Counted from the stretch's first letter, positions 39,358-49,590 are shown. The stretch: DNA of 64,000 nt from Candidatus Saccharimonadota bacterium (GCA_046350755.1 JAXLZV010000001.1:544823-608822); one strand, 5' to 3'. A program made the numbers and translations. The notes: a model not told the origin generated them from the letters alone.

Positions 39358-39837
39358 ATGTTTTCCGACATCCCCCAGTTCATGAGTTCCAATCGAGCGG
39401 CCTGGTACATCGGCCGCTTCATCCGCGCCCATCGAGACAAGATGGACATGCCCATCCCGCTGTCACATCGGCTCGTCTCGGACATCGAGGCGAACCTGGT
39501 CGACGATCGTCAGGCAACGTACTGGCAGATCAAGGCCATCGAACAGCTCCACGGTCATGTGGTTGCCCAGCGAGACGGTGACGTCATCTGGCACAACCTC
39601 TGTGCCTGGATCGAGTTGCGCATCGAGGTGGTCGAGCCGGCTCGTGATCGTGGCGACCGCGAGACCATCTTGGTCGCGCTGACGCCCGAAGATCGTGACT
39701 GGCTGGCACCGCGCCGTGATTGTGCCGTGCCCTACTCGCAGGAGGACTACGAGTCCTTCAGCCTGGCCATCGATGCCCTGCAGGAGATCATCCGCACCAG
39801 CCAGCTGTCCCGTGAGGGACGCCTGGTCAACGCCTGA
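39358..39837 (+). CDS. Hypothetical GC-rich protein
   Basis: SD GGAGG; promoter TTGTCC-N17-TATCAT. Confidence 0.6.
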   Translation: MFSDIPQFMSSNRAAWYIGRFIRAHRDKMDMPIPLSHRLVSDIEANLVDDRQATYWQIKAIEQLHGHVVAQRDGDVIWHNLCAWIELRIEVVEPARDRGDRETILVALTPEDRDWLAPRRDCAVPYSQEDYESFSLAIDALQEIIRTSQLSREGRLVNA

Positions 39838-39881
39838 TCTTCACTCGCCGTTCCATCCAACAACCCCAGGGGGGAAACCAT

Positions 39882-40166
39882 ATGACCATCGATGACTTGG
39901 ATTTCGACATCAGCGGTGACGACACGTTCACGCCGCTGGTGGAGATGCCTCTGTCCGAGCCCATGCCGGGCGAAGACGAGGTCGACCCGCCCGCCCGCGG
40001 GCTCGGTAGTCGGGCCTGGCGTCGTATCAACGGCGGGCAGAAGACCCGTCGCCTGCGTCGCCGCACCGGATCCGACCCCGACTTCATGGGGTCCTTCATT
40101 CGGGACGCCGAAGTGGGTCACCACTCCAAGCGCAACCGAGGCCGCAAGCCTCGCAGCCGGAAGTAG
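39882..40166 (+). CDS. Small hypothetical protein (acidic N-, Arg-rich C-terminus)
   Basis: Purine-rich SD, terminator 40183-40226. Confidence 0.55.
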   Translation: MTIDDLDFDISGDDTFTPLVEMPLSEPMPGEDEVDPPARGLGSRAWRRINGGQKTRRLRRRTGSDPDFMGSFIRDAEVGHHSKRNRGRKPRSRK

Positions 40167-40306
40167 ATCGGTAAATCTACATTGGCCTTTAGCGGTCCAA
40201 CCCCGCTGAAGGCCATCTTTATTTTTGATGACTATGTATGAATAAAAATGCCGAACCCCGGTAGACGTCGTTGTCTACCGGGGTAAGTTGTTCCCCTTGG
40301 CGAGGA

Positions 40307-40735
40307 TCAGGCGATGGAGAGGTGCGGGTCGTGAGCACCGTAGTGCGCACGGTCCATCTCGTCGCGCTCGGGAAGCGCTTCGGGATCGACCTCACCGATC
40401 AGTCGCCGCAGTTCGCGGTACTGCTCGGCGGCCTCGCCCTTCCACATGTCGGCCCGGGAGTCGATCCAGCGGATCATGCTCCTGAGGCGGCTGTGGCTGG
40501 CGCTGACCTCACCGATGCCGAGCTGGATCTGCTTGTAGCAGGCAGCGGCGAAGGGGATCGCCCGTGAACAGAGAGCCTGCCAGGGCTCTGGATTGGCGAT
40601 GACGTCGCGCTTGAGGAGTGCGAGCGGCTGGACACGACGTCCGGCCTGCATGCCCTCGGTGCGTTCGCGAACGGCGTTCTGCCATTCGGTCAGGGTCATC
40701 GGCTTGGGCTTGGTTGCGGGCTTCCGCTGGGGCAC
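40307..40735 (-). CDS. Hypothetical GC-rich protein
   Basis: GTG start; promoter TTGCAT-N17-TAATAT; terminator 40244-40284. Confidence 0.6.
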   Translation of the reverse strand: MPQRKPATKPKPMTLTEWQNAVRERTEGMQAGRRVQPLALLKRDVIANPEPWQALCSRAIPFAAACYKQIQLGIGEVSASHSRLRSMIRWIDSRADMWKGEAAEQYRELRRLIGEVDPEALPERDEMDRAHYGAHDPHLSIA

Positions 40736-40885
40736 GGAGAACCACCTTCTTCCATGAATTGTAGGGTTTTTACAGGTTCATCGACAACTCTGTCGATGGG
40801 GGTTATATTACAACTTCTTTCGACTATATGCAATACTTATCCCGATCTGTTCGACAGGGCTGGCAAAAGTCGCCATAATGCAGAT

Positions 40886-41935
40886 ATGAAAGACTTTGAC
40901 GCTATCCCATCGCTCGACAAACACAAAATCTTTGATTCGATTGACGCGCAGCCGGCACATTTACGGCTCAACTTTGCCGACAGTATGACAGAAGACGTGA
41001 CCCCTGGCTGGGGAGAGGGAATTGAGAATATCCTGCTAACCGGCATGGGCGGCTCAGCGCTGGCGGCCGACATTGCGCGGAATTGGCTGAGTAGCCGTTT
41101 GGCTATGCCGTTTGATATCTCGCGCAATTACGATCTGCCAAATTATGTTGGGCCACGGACGCTGGTGATAGTCTCAAGCTACTCGGGTAATACCGAAGAG
41201 ACACTATCGGCACTGTCAGATGCCGAGAAGCGCCGGGCTCGGATCGTCGTCATGACGGCTGGCGGGCAATTACTTGATCTGGCGCGCGAGAAAGGCTATC
41301 TGACGCTCCAGTTGCCGCAAGTGTCGCAGCCGCGCCTATCGGTGTTGGCTGGCTTGAAGGCGCTGGCTTGCTTGCTGTCGGACGCTGGCTTCATTGGCGA
41401 GATGGATGTGCGTCGTGAGCTTATCGATGTCGGTGATTGGCTGGAAGTTGAGAAGTCGCGTCTGAATCTCGACAATCAGGAGATTGATAATCCAGCCATG
41501 CAACTGGCCCGCCATCTGCATGGTAAACCGGTTGTCGTGTATGCTGGCCCAGCCCTCAAGTCGGCGGCGTATAAATGGAAGATCGACATCAATGAAAATG
41601 CTAAGCAGCTGGCCTTCTGTAATCTGTATCCGGAGCTGAATCATAATGAATATCAGGGTTGGTTATTCCCGCAGGCAAAGGATCTCGCAACCCTGCAGAT
41701 CGAGTCGAGCCTCGAGCACGATCGCGTACAGAAACGCTTTCTGATTACGCGCGAGATTCTCAAGGATCATGGCTATGAGCCGATGGTAGTGCATGCTGAG
41801 GGTAAAACCTTGATACAACAGATTCTCTGGACAGTTTTACTTGGCGATTATGTTTCGGCCTACATGGGTATACTCAACGGTATCGACCCAACCCCCGTTG
41901 ATTTAGTTGAAGAGCTCAAGAAAAAGCTCGGCTAA
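40886..41935 (+). CDS. Bifunctional phosphoglucose/phosphomannose isomerase
   Basis: GMGGSA, SYSGNTEET, NENAK, PELNHNE. Confidence 0.92.
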   Translation: MKDFDAIPSLDKHKIFDSIDAQPAHLRLNFADSMTEDVTPGWGEGIENILLTGMGGSALAADIARNWLSSRLAMPFDISRNYDLPNYVGPRTLVIVSSYSGNTEETLSALSDAEKRRARIVVMTAGGQLLDLAREKGYLTLQLPQVSQPRLSVLAGLKALACLLSDAGFIGEMDVRRELIDVGDWLEVEKSRLNLDNQEIDNPAMQLARHLHGKPVVVYAGPALKSAAYKWKIDINENAKQLAFCNLYPELNHNEYQGWLFPQAKDLATLQIESSLEHDRVQKRFLITREILKDHGYEPMVVHAEGKTLIQQILWTVLLGDYVSAYMGILNGIDPTPVDLVEELKKKLG

Positions 41936-41939
41936 ACCT

Positions 41940-42167
41940 ATGCCTCAATCGAGCAAGCATCGGAAAATTTTGCTCGTGCTAGGTCTCGTGCCGATTGTCT
42001 CGATTGGCGTTTACTTCTGGTGTTCTCTTCAGGGTTCTTGCACGGGTCAATGCATTGCGGTTGGCTATTCGGTTGGCTCGGTATGTATGGTCACGGCACT
42101 GAAAACCTTTATCGCTCTTCTGGTGGCCATCATATTCGGCTGGCTACTTATAGAACGCGTGCGATAA
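41940..42167 (+). CDS. Small Cys-containing 2-TM protein
   Basis: Short hydrophobic ORF following pgi/pmi. Confidence 0.4.
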   Translation: MPQSSKHRKILLVLGLVPIVSIGVYFWCSLQGSCTGQCIAVGYSVGSVCMVTALKTFIALLVAIIFGWLLIERVR

Positions 42168-42263
42168 ATATACTTGAGCTTTATACGATAATATAGTATA
42201 ATCTGCTTCCATAGTACCTTGAACTTGGTACGGCCAACCGCGCTTGACCCGAAAGGGGTGAAA

Positions 42264-43322
42264 ATGAGCGGGAGTAGTACACATAAGCCGCGCGCTGTTC
42301 TGGCAGTAGATCTGCCAAACATCAACCAGCAGCTAGCGGTAGTTTTTGGCGATGACTTTCGGGTCGACTGGGATGCGCTTCGTCAGGATTGCCGACGTGA
42401 AGCCGCCAGACGCCTGAACCTCGATTCGCATGACTTTGATTTTCGCAGTTGTGTCTTCATGCAGGGAATCCACACTGATCCGGCCCTGGCGGCAACGGAT
42501 CGTCTCCAGCGGCGCAATCAGTTCGTCCGCTATCTCACGTCCATTGGATGGACAACCTTCCAGAAGGATGCTCAGAAGCCCACGCCTCAGTTGAGCCATT
42601 TCGTTCACGAGCTGGGTCAGCAACTCCATTTGCCTGGTCGCCGTCAGGTTGAGCTGTTGCGAATGGGGGAGCCGGAGATCGATGAACTCGATTTGCTGGC
42701 ACGCGAGATGCTCGGTGTGTTTCCAGAATTCACGACCACAGCGCAGCGTATGAAGATTCGTCTCTACGTTTCGCTGATCAAGTCGAGCTGGGCGCGTCAT
42801 CGTTTGCATCGACTGCTCCTGGAGACCTACGAGAAGCTCGTTGATCTAGAAGCCAGCCAGCGAGATGTTCGTTTGCGGGCGCTGATCGGCGAAATACGAG
42901 CCTCGGAAGCGGCTCAGCAAGTCCCAGATTTTCGTTGGCAAGACCTGTCTCGGCTTGACCGTCATGGCGTAACGAAGTTGGCTTACCGGCTCTTCAAAGC
43001 GCTGCAGAAGATCGATACCGTCGAGAAGCAGATGCGTGACATCGATAACGACCTCAATAGTTGGGTCGCCGATCAAATGCTGCCGCTGAGGCAGACCGAG
43101 CCATACTTGCCGGGTGTCGTGTTCTTGGTCGGCAACGATTTCAAGAATCACCTTCGCTATGTGGTGCCGCGCGTCAAGCGTAATCCGCAGGTCCAGGTGG
43201 TGTTCCTGGTTCTTCAGGACAAGTACGAACAGGCCAAGCCCGAGACCAGAAGTCAGCTTGATCAGTACAAAGTCGTGTTCATCGACAAGTACGTCAAGCG
43301 CGCTGAACTCTGTGTCGCTTGA
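42264..43322 (+). CDS. NYN/LabA (PIN-like) domain protein with large helical insertion
   Basis: AVDLPNI...DIDNDL...FLVGNDF resembles NYN acidic motifs. Confidence 0.55.
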   Translation: MSGSSTHKPRAVLAVDLPNINQQLAVVFGDDFRVDWDALRQDCRREAARRLNLDSHDFDFRSCVFMQGIHTDPALAATDRLQRRNQFVRYLTSIGWTTFQKDAQKPTPQLSHFVHELGQQLHLPGRRQVELLRMGEPEIDELDLLAREMLGVFPEFTTTAQRMKIRLYVSLIKSSWARHRLHRLLLETYEKLVDLEASQRDVRLRALIGEIRASEAAQQVPDFRWQDLSRLDRHGVTKLAYRLFKALQKIDTVEKQMRDIDNDLNSWVADQMLPLRQTEPYLPGVVFLVGNDFKNHLRYVVPRVKRNPQVQVVFLVLQDKYEQAKPETRSQLDQYKVVFIDKYVKRAELCVA

Positions 43323-43419
43323 CCAAGCAATGCTCGACTCCTCTCTGTTTTCAGGAGGTGAGTCGAGCTATTTTTTTTCTGGCGATGAGTCAATATTTCA
43401 GATATAATCGCTGACGCGT

Positions 43420-43509
43420 GGAGAGGTGTCCGAGTGGTTGAAGGAGCACGCTTGGAAAGCGTGTGTGCGGGCAACCGTACCGAGGGTTCGAATCCCTCTC
43501 TCTCCGCCA
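43420..43509 (+). tRNA. tRNA-Ser(GGA)
   Basis: CACGC-TT-GGA-AA-GCGTG, long variable arm, GCCA; terminator 43510-43546. Confidence 0.95.
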
Positions 43510-43555
43510 TACTAAAAACAGGATCAGAGCGATCCTGTTTTTAGTAACGCAATAT

Positions 43556-43804
43556 TTATTCGGCTGTCTTACGAGTCCGGGAGGCTAGATAGTTGAGTGC
43601 GGTATAGACAGCAAGATAGGCGATGCCCGAGATACAAGCCCGAGTGAGCTGTTGAGGGCTTTGCCATATCAGTAAGCCTCCTGTAACACCAGTCGCGAGC
43701 AGGCTACCGATCGACAACAGGTTGAGCCAGCGGTGTGGCATGAAGATCTGGAGGGCCGAAGTGATGAGCCCGGTCAGGGCGACCACGATATGAAGACTAA
43801 GCAT
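43556..43804 (-). CDS. Small 3-TM membrane protein
   Basis: Hydrophobic ORF with SD GAGG. Confidence 0.6.
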   Translation of the reverse strand: MLSLHIVVALTGLITSALQIFMPHRWLNLLSIGSLLATGVTGGLLIWQSPQQLTRACISGIAYLAVYTALNYLASRTRKTAE

Positions 43805-43904
43805 GATATGAAATTCCTCTTATATATGTAGTTTAGCATCTGCTCGTCGTGGCGCAATCATGCTTGCGCTAGCGCATTCACGCCACAGCCTTCACAATAG
43901 TAGT

Positions 43905-45686
43905 ATGACTAAATCCAACCCCGAAGCTGTTTACTGGGATCTCGAGCAGATCTTGCCAATTAATGAATTTGATACGGCCTATGCCGAGATTGAAAAGTTA
44001 CTCACTGGGTATATAGGCTGGCAGAAAAAACTCACGCCAGATATGACGACCGATACGTTCAACGAGTATATGCAGTGGCAATATGCTGTCAGCGAGAAGG
44101 TCGCACGATTGTATTCCCGCCCGAGTCTGCTTGAGTCGACCGACAGTAAGTCGAGTGAGGCGGCCCGATTGAAGGCTCGCGCAACAGATTTGTATGTCAA
44201 AGCTGGAGAAGTGGCTCGACCAATATCGATGTGGCTAAAGGGCAAAGAGGTCGCGGGCATGAAGACACTTGATGATGCGAATGCCCAGCGACTTTTTGCA
44301 TCAGTTGAAGGTATGGAATATCCATTGAGCTATGCGCGCCAGATGGCTAGCCATACGCTGACGCAGCCCGAGGAATCAATTATCAGCCACAAGGATGCGA
44401 CGGGCGTGAGTGTCTTAACGGACCTACGCGAGATGATTGAAACGGACTTTACCTATCAGATGAAAGTCGGTGGTAAGACCGAGAAGTATGCAACTTCTGA
44501 GGAGCTGAAAGCGCATATCTATTCACCCGATGCAGAACGTCGCGCGGCGACGTATCGCGCGCTTTTTGCCCCCTATAAGCGCGATGAAGATAAGTTTTTC
44601 CGAATCTATCAAGCAGTGGTGAAAGATTGGGCATATGAGGCTGAGCTACGGGGCTATAAGAGCCCGATCGCAATGCGCAATGCAGCTAATCAGGTGCCCG
44701 ATGCAGCCATTGAGGCACTGATGAAAGTCTGCGAAGAAGAAGCTGGGGTGTTTCAAGGCTTCTTCCGCTGGAAAGCCGACAAGCTCGGGCTCAAGAAATT
44801 AACCCGCTTCGATCTCTATGCGCCATTGTCGGAAGCTAAGTCAACCTATTCGTATTCTGAAGCGGTCGATATGGTAATCGAGACGTTCACAAGTTTCTCG
44901 TCTGATTTTGCCGCCAAAGCCCGCCAGATACTCGAACAGCAACACGTCGATTCACACCCAGCACCGACGAAGCGCAGTGGGGCCTTCTGTTCGACTATTG
45001 CGCCGTCAATTGAGCCGTATGTGCTGCTGAACTTCTCGGGCAAAAGTCGAGATGTTTCGACGCTGGCTCACGAGCTTGGTCATGGTGTGCACTCGATGTA
45101 TGCCGACCATTTGCCGATTAGTTCGCAACACCCGAATCTACCACTGGCGGAGACGGCCTCGACGTTTGGCGAGATGATTCTCTTTGAGGCCTTGCTCGAG
45201 AAGACGAACGATGCAAGCGAGCGAGAAGCTTTGATGGCTGAGAAAATCGCTGACAGTTACGCGACGATTCTACGCCAGAACTACTTTGTGAAATTTGAGA
45301 TTGCAGCCCATGAAGCTATTCCGAAAGGCGCGGGGGTCGAAGAGATTCGCAAGCTCTGGCTTAAGGGGATTCATCAGCAATTTGGTGACGCTATCGAGAT
45401 TGATGACATATTTGGGTATGAGTGGGCGTACATTCCGCACATCGTGCACACGCCGTTTTATTGCTATGCGTATAACTTTGGCGAGCTGTTAAGCCTGTCG
45501 CTCTATGCGCGCTATAAAGCCGAGGGGAAGAGTTTTGTGCCGAAAATCGAGGCGATTCTAGCTGCTGGCGGGTCGCGTGAGCCAAAGCAAGTGCTGGAAG
45601 AAGTGGGTATCGACTTTGAGAGTCAGGATTTCTGGCGCGGTGGTTTTGAGATTATTAAGAGCTGGGTCGGGGAGCTGGAGAAGTAA
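43905..45686 (+). CDS. pepF: M3-family oligoendopeptidase F
   Basis: KRSGAFC, TLAHELGHGVH, AETASTFGE. Confidence 0.92.
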   Translation: MTKSNPEAVYWDLEQILPINEFDTAYAEIEKLLTGYIGWQKKLTPDMTTDTFNEYMQWQYAVSEKVARLYSRPSLLESTDSKSSEAARLKARATDLYVKAGEVARPISMWLKGKEVAGMKTLDDANAQRLFASVEGMEYPLSYARQMASHTLTQPEESIISHKDATGVSVLTDLREMIETDFTYQMKVGGKTEKYATSEELKAHIYSPDAERRAATYRALFAPYKRDEDKFFRIYQAVVKDWAYEAELRGYKSPIAMRNAANQVPDAAIEALMKVCEEEAGVFQGFFRWKADKLGLKKLTRFDLYAPLSEAKSTYSYSEAVDMVIETFTSFSSDFAAKARQILEQQHVDSHPAPTKRSGAFCSTIAPSIEPYVLLNFSGKSRDVSTLAHELGHGVHSMYADHLPISSQHPNLPLAETASTFGEMILFEALLEKTNDASEREALMAEKIADSYATILRQNYFVKFEIAAHEAIPKGAGVEEIRKLWLKGIHQQFGDAIEIDDIFGYEWAYIPHIVHTPFYCYAYNFGELLSLSLYARYKAEGKSFVPKIEAILAAGGSREPKQVLEEVGIDFESQDFWRGGFEIIKSWVGELEK

Positions 45687-45688
45687 CT

Positions 45689-46090
45689 ATGGCTGATGAT
45701 TTTCATATTGATAAAGATGAGCTGAAGCAAAAACTCACGCCTGAAGAGTATGAAATTACCCAGAATACCGGCACTGAGGCACCATTTACTGGTAAATACT
45801 GGAATGAGCATGCCGACGGGACGTATACCTGTAAGGTCTGCGGCCAGGTATTATTTGATGCCGAGCATAAGTTTGAGTCGGGGAGCGGCTGGCCAAGTTT
45901 TGATCGGGCAGTGCCCGGATCGGTAAGTATGCGCGAAGATACTTCGCATGGCATGACGCGCACTGAGGTGGTGTGTAGTCGCTGTGGGGCACACCTAGGG
46001 CATATGTTTGAAGATGGACCGAAAGAGACGACTGGACAGCGATTTTGCATTAATTCTGCTAGTCTAGACCTGAAGAAGCGGGATAAATAA
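45689..46090 (+). CDS. msrB: Peptide-methionine (R)-S-oxide reductase
   Basis: GTEAPF, SGWPSF, HLGHMF, RFCINS. Confidence 0.95.
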   Translation: MADDFHIDKDELKQKLTPEEYEITQNTGTEAPFTGKYWNEHADGTYTCKVCGQVLFDAEHKFESGSGWPSFDRAVPGSVSMREDTSHGMTRTEVVCSRCGAHLGHMFEDGPKETTGQRFCINSASLDLKKRDK

Positions 46091-46144
46091 AGTTTGAGAG
46101 GGGAAGGCCGAAGCCTTCCCCTCTAGGTTCCCGCCAGGGAGAAC

Positions 46145-46552
46145 TCAGCTGCCAGGGCAGCCTGTGCCGTGCCAGTGGCGGCGTTCGCCACGGGTGATCG
46201 CGGTGTCGTAGGCGACCGCATCCTGCACCCAATCAGGAGCATTGCGCGCCGGCGCGCCGGCGTAGGCGCCATGGCCAGCTCGAGCAGCCACCACTCGCCA
46301 GGTGGAATCCAGGAACTGATAGGCGCCAGAGGCACCGCTTGATGGGTTCCTGGCCCAGTAGCTGCCAGCAGTGTCCGATTCGTGCGCGCGGACGCAGACG
46401 AGGAAGGAGTTGTTCTTCACTGACTCGCGCTGATGCACGATCTGCATGAACAGCGCCTGCTCGTTGGCATTGCATGCGGTGGAGAGGCCACCGAGTACGA
46501 GCAGGGCAACACCGGCGAGCAGGGCTCGTCGTTTGGACATGAGGGTATGCAT
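46145..46552 (-). CDS. Lipoprotein with Rpf-like transglycosylase domain
   Basis: Lipobox LSTAC; CVRAHES...GASGAYQFLDSTW...QD. Confidence 0.8.
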   Translation of the reverse strand: MHTLMSKRRALLAGVALLVLGGLSTACNANEQALFMQIVHQRESVKNNSFLVCVRAHESDTAGSYWARNPSSGASGAYQFLDSTWRVVAARAGHGAYAGAPARNAPDWVQDAVAYDTAITRGERRHWHGTGCPGS

Positions 46553-46813
46553 TTGTACACTCCAAGGTACACGAAGGCCAGGGGGAGGCCTTCTCGGAGT
46601 TGTCAGCTTGTGAGCTATCCTTACCACGCCTCGATGGTGTCTACGGCGTGACTAAGCTCAAGGTCTCAGCTTCTCAAATTTGCGTGCACGTACGGCACTC
46701 TTTGGGAAGTTCAGACTGGTTTGACAACCTAGCTATACTAACATCGTTTATTGAGTTAGGCAAGCTTAAAGATAATGTGTAGTGTTTATGCTGGCGAGCG
46801 GGGTCGTGGCATC

Positions 46814-47383
46814 TTAGAATTCACCACCGGGCTTACAGTAGTTTACCAGATCCCAGTGACACCAACCCCAGGCCGGGCTATCAACGGCGTCACGCAGGGC
46901 GAGGACGTTAAAATAGGGGTCATTCCAAGGGCCTTTGAGGAAAATTCGCTGTAACGTACTCGACAACTGGGCGCAGCCGGCGTATTGGCTGCCAGGACGG
47001 CGAGCATTCGGATTGTTAGTTGACTCTCGAAAGACGACTTTGACGGCGCGGGGGTAGTCGACCCGGTCATTGAAAATATAATCGACGGCTTCTCGGCAAT
47101 TACTTAAGGGTTTATAGGCAGGACTGAGATTAGCGTACTGGGGTGGAGTGCGTTTGGCGGCCAGGGCATCGGCAGCATCGAGACAGTTTCCATAAGCGGT
47201 GGTGGCTTCAGTGATCCCACTACACAGTTGTCGCATAGCTGTGAGGTCGAGCTCCTTGCTGGCTTGTGAAGTATTTTTCGGAACTGGGAATGAAAATGCA
47301 CTGGCCAGAATCACGATCGCGAGGGTCGCCACTGTGGTCAATGCATATGACTGTTTTTGTGTGAATTGTGTTTTGTGGTTCAT
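46814..47383 (-). CDS. Membrane-anchored lysozyme-like (SLT-type) protein
   Basis: VVFRES-TNNPNA...YAGCAQL...DPYFNV...GWCHW. Confidence 0.6.
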   Translation of the reverse strand: MNHKTQFTQKQSYALTTVATLAIVILASAFSFPVPKNTSQASKELDLTAMRQLCSGITEATTAYGNCLDAADALAAKRTPPQYANLSPAYKPLSNCREAVDYIFNDRVDYPRAVKVVFRESTNNPNARRPGSQYAGCAQLSSTLQRIFLKGPWNDPYFNVLALRDAVDSPAWGWCHWDLVNYCKPGGEF

Positions 47384-47458
47384 AACTGTCGTTACAGATT
47401 ACGACAGTTCCTATTTTAGCATAACTGGCATCATTTTTCAAGCCCCCCTAGCTTCGGG

Positions 47459-48238
47459 TTAAGGGCGATGTTGCTTGAGGGCTTGGCGCAATTCGCGGGG
47501 GTGGTTTGTGGTGATGAAGTCAGCCTGTGAGCCAATTTCTTGGCGGAGCTCTTCATCTTGGCCCATCCAGAGATCAACCGGTTTTCCGAGCTGGTGCAGT
47601 CGTTCGGTGTAGCGGGGACTGGCCTTTCGAGAGGCGATGGCTAAAGCGTCAAACCGGCTCACCAACCATCCTGGCGGCGTCCAGCCAAGCAGGGGAATAA
47701 AGGCCCAACAGGTTTTTGCGGCTGGATTATTTTTCTCGATCTGCATGAGCAGTCGGGGATCAAAGGAAAGAAACAGGGTGTTATTGAGAAGTTTGCGGCT
47801 GGCGACGGCATCATAAACCCGTCGAGCGAACCGGCCCGGATTTAAGTGATAAAACTTAAGCTCGATGACGTAATTTGTGCGTTCACCAAAATTCTCCAGG
47901 ACTTCATCGAGAGTGGGGATGCGTTCGCCGGCAAACCGCTCAGAGTGTGATCGGCCAGCATCGAGGGTTTTAATTTCTCGGAGAGATTTATGGGCGACTA
48001 GGCCGCTACCATTTGTGGTGCGCTGCAACCAGGGATCGTGCATGACGATGAGTTTTTTGTCTTTGGTTTGTTGCACGTCTAATTCAATCGCATCGGCTTT
48101 TTGGCGTATCGCTTCTCGAAAGGCTGCAAGTGTATTCTCGGGGGCATCGGCTGAAGCGCCACGATGGGCGATGATGACTGGTTGAGACCGTTTGCGAAGG
48201 AAGAAGTTGTTTGGATCGTTGTTCATTATTGGCATCAT
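47459..48238 (-). CDS. Glycerophosphodiester phosphodiesterase
   Basis: IIAHRGAS, PENTLAAF, IELDVQ, VMHD. Confidence 0.92.
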   Translation of the reverse strand: MMPIMNNDPNNFFLRKRSQPVIIAHRGASADAPENTLAAFREAIRQKADAIELDVQQTKDKKLIVMHDPWLQRTTNGSGLVAHKSLREIKTLDAGRSHSERFAGERIPTLDEVLENFGERTNYVIELKFYHLNPGRFARRVYDAVASRKLLNNTLFLSFDPRLLMQIEKNNPAAKTCWAFIPLLGWTPPGWLVSRFDALAIASRKASPRYTERLHQLGKPVDLWMGQDEELRQEIGSQADFITTNHPRELRQALKQHRP

Positions 48239-48281
48239 AGCATTTTCCGGCGTGGTAGACTGGTAACAGATAGGAGAGCTG

Positions 48282-48935
48282 ATGACGAAGCGAGAAGTGA
48301 TATTGGCGGAGCGAGCTTTTTTGGTCGACACGTTACGTGGCTTGCAGGCCCGCCAGTGGCGAGCAGAAACACTCTGTGCTGGTTGGACGATCGAAGATTT
48401 AGCCGCCCATCTGCTGGTGCGTGAGCGGGGCGGGATTCTGGCGCGATCTGGTATCGTCCTGCCATTTCTCCATCATAGGCATGATGCGGCAATTGTGAAA
48501 ATGAAGCGCATCAGTCATGAAGAACTGCTGCGTCGGCTAGAGAAACCACCAGCTTGGATACCACTACTCAGCTTCAACGTGATTGAATTTTATGTTCACA
48601 ACGAGGATATATTGCGTGGGGGATTGCAGCGTACTCGCCAGCTCAGTGACGAACTAGAGTCGGCGTTATCGGGTTTTGTGCCCATTCTGTCGAAATTAGC
48701 TTTTCGTCGAGTGGTTGGTTCGTTTCGCCTCATTATGCATGACACGGCGGCCGATCAGATTCATGAGCAGGTGATTGGTAGGGGGGCGGTCTCGGAATTG
48801 CCTGAATTGCGCCTCGAGGGTCCACCCGGAGAATTCATCATGCTTTTTATGGGGCGAGGTCGACAGGCACGACTTAAGCAGGAGGGTGATCGATCGGCGC
48901 GCGAGATCTATAAAGTTGCTGATATCGGGGTATAA
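48282..48935 (+). CDS. TIGR03085-like (MDMPI/DinB superfamily) metal-binding protein
   Basis: TLCAGWTIEDLAAHLLVRE...NVIEFYVHNEDILR. Confidence 0.75.
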   Translation: MTKREVILAERAFLVDTLRGLQARQWRAETLCAGWTIEDLAAHLLVRERGGILARSGIVLPFLHHRHDAAIVKMKRISHEELLRRLEKPPAWIPLLSFNVIEFYVHNEDILRGGLQRTRQLSDELESALSGFVPILSKLAFRRVVGSFRLIMHDTAADQIHEQVIGRGAVSELPELRLEGPPGEFIMLFMGRGRQARLKQEGDRSAREIYKVADIGV

Positions 48936-49015
48936 AGGGGAGTCATTGGGTCATCTAGACAACAGGTTTGAAATCTGTTATGATATCAGCTTACTCTATC
49001 CAAGGAGAGCACCTT

Positions 49016-49534
49016 ATGGCAGACGAGAATCCGATCGAAGAACCGCTTCGATCATCGATGCATCCATCATTGTGGCCAGGTCGGACAACCGACCTAGAGC
49101 TCACTGATGAGCGCGGAAACGATGTGTACATCGGTTTCGCGACCACATTTGACGGCCAGCAGCGCGTGAAGTGCCTGGTCAACCCGAGCGACATGCGGCC
49201 TCAGTCCGAGGTTGTGCTCAGGCTCAGTGACGCCGAGAAGTTGGCGGACGCGGTTGAAGCCTATCTCAGCGATGATCTGGCCCAGCATCCGCGCTATTAC
49301 TACGACGCAGTCCGGACGCGCAATCGTCTGGTCACGGTCTCAGCGATGGCTTCCGAGACGGTACGCTACATCGTGTTGTGTATCGCTGATCACGCAGCTT
49401 GGTTGAATTTTCAGGATGCCAGGCACGTGATCCAGGCCATTCGCGACTACAGTCGATTGATCACCCAGAGCGCATCGCCGTTGGCACGTTCTCGAGTTCG
49501 GCCGTTGGCAATCGTCGCGACCGACCACAGCTAA
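49016..49534 (+). CDS. Hypothetical protein
   Basis: SD AAGGAG; promoter TAGACA-N17-TATGAT. Confidence 0.6.
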   Translation: MADENPIEEPLRSSMHPSLWPGRTTDLELTDERGNDVYIGFATTFDGQQRVKCLVNPSDMRPQSEVVLRLSDAEKLADAVEAYLSDDLAQHPRYYYDAVRTRNRLVTVSAMASETVRYIVLCIADHAAWLNFQDARHVIQAIRDYSRLITQSASPLARSRVRPLAIVATDHS

Positions 49535-49590
49535 TCGTTCTTGCCGCCCATACAGTCCAAACACTTCAGACCAAGGATGAGTGATGTCCC

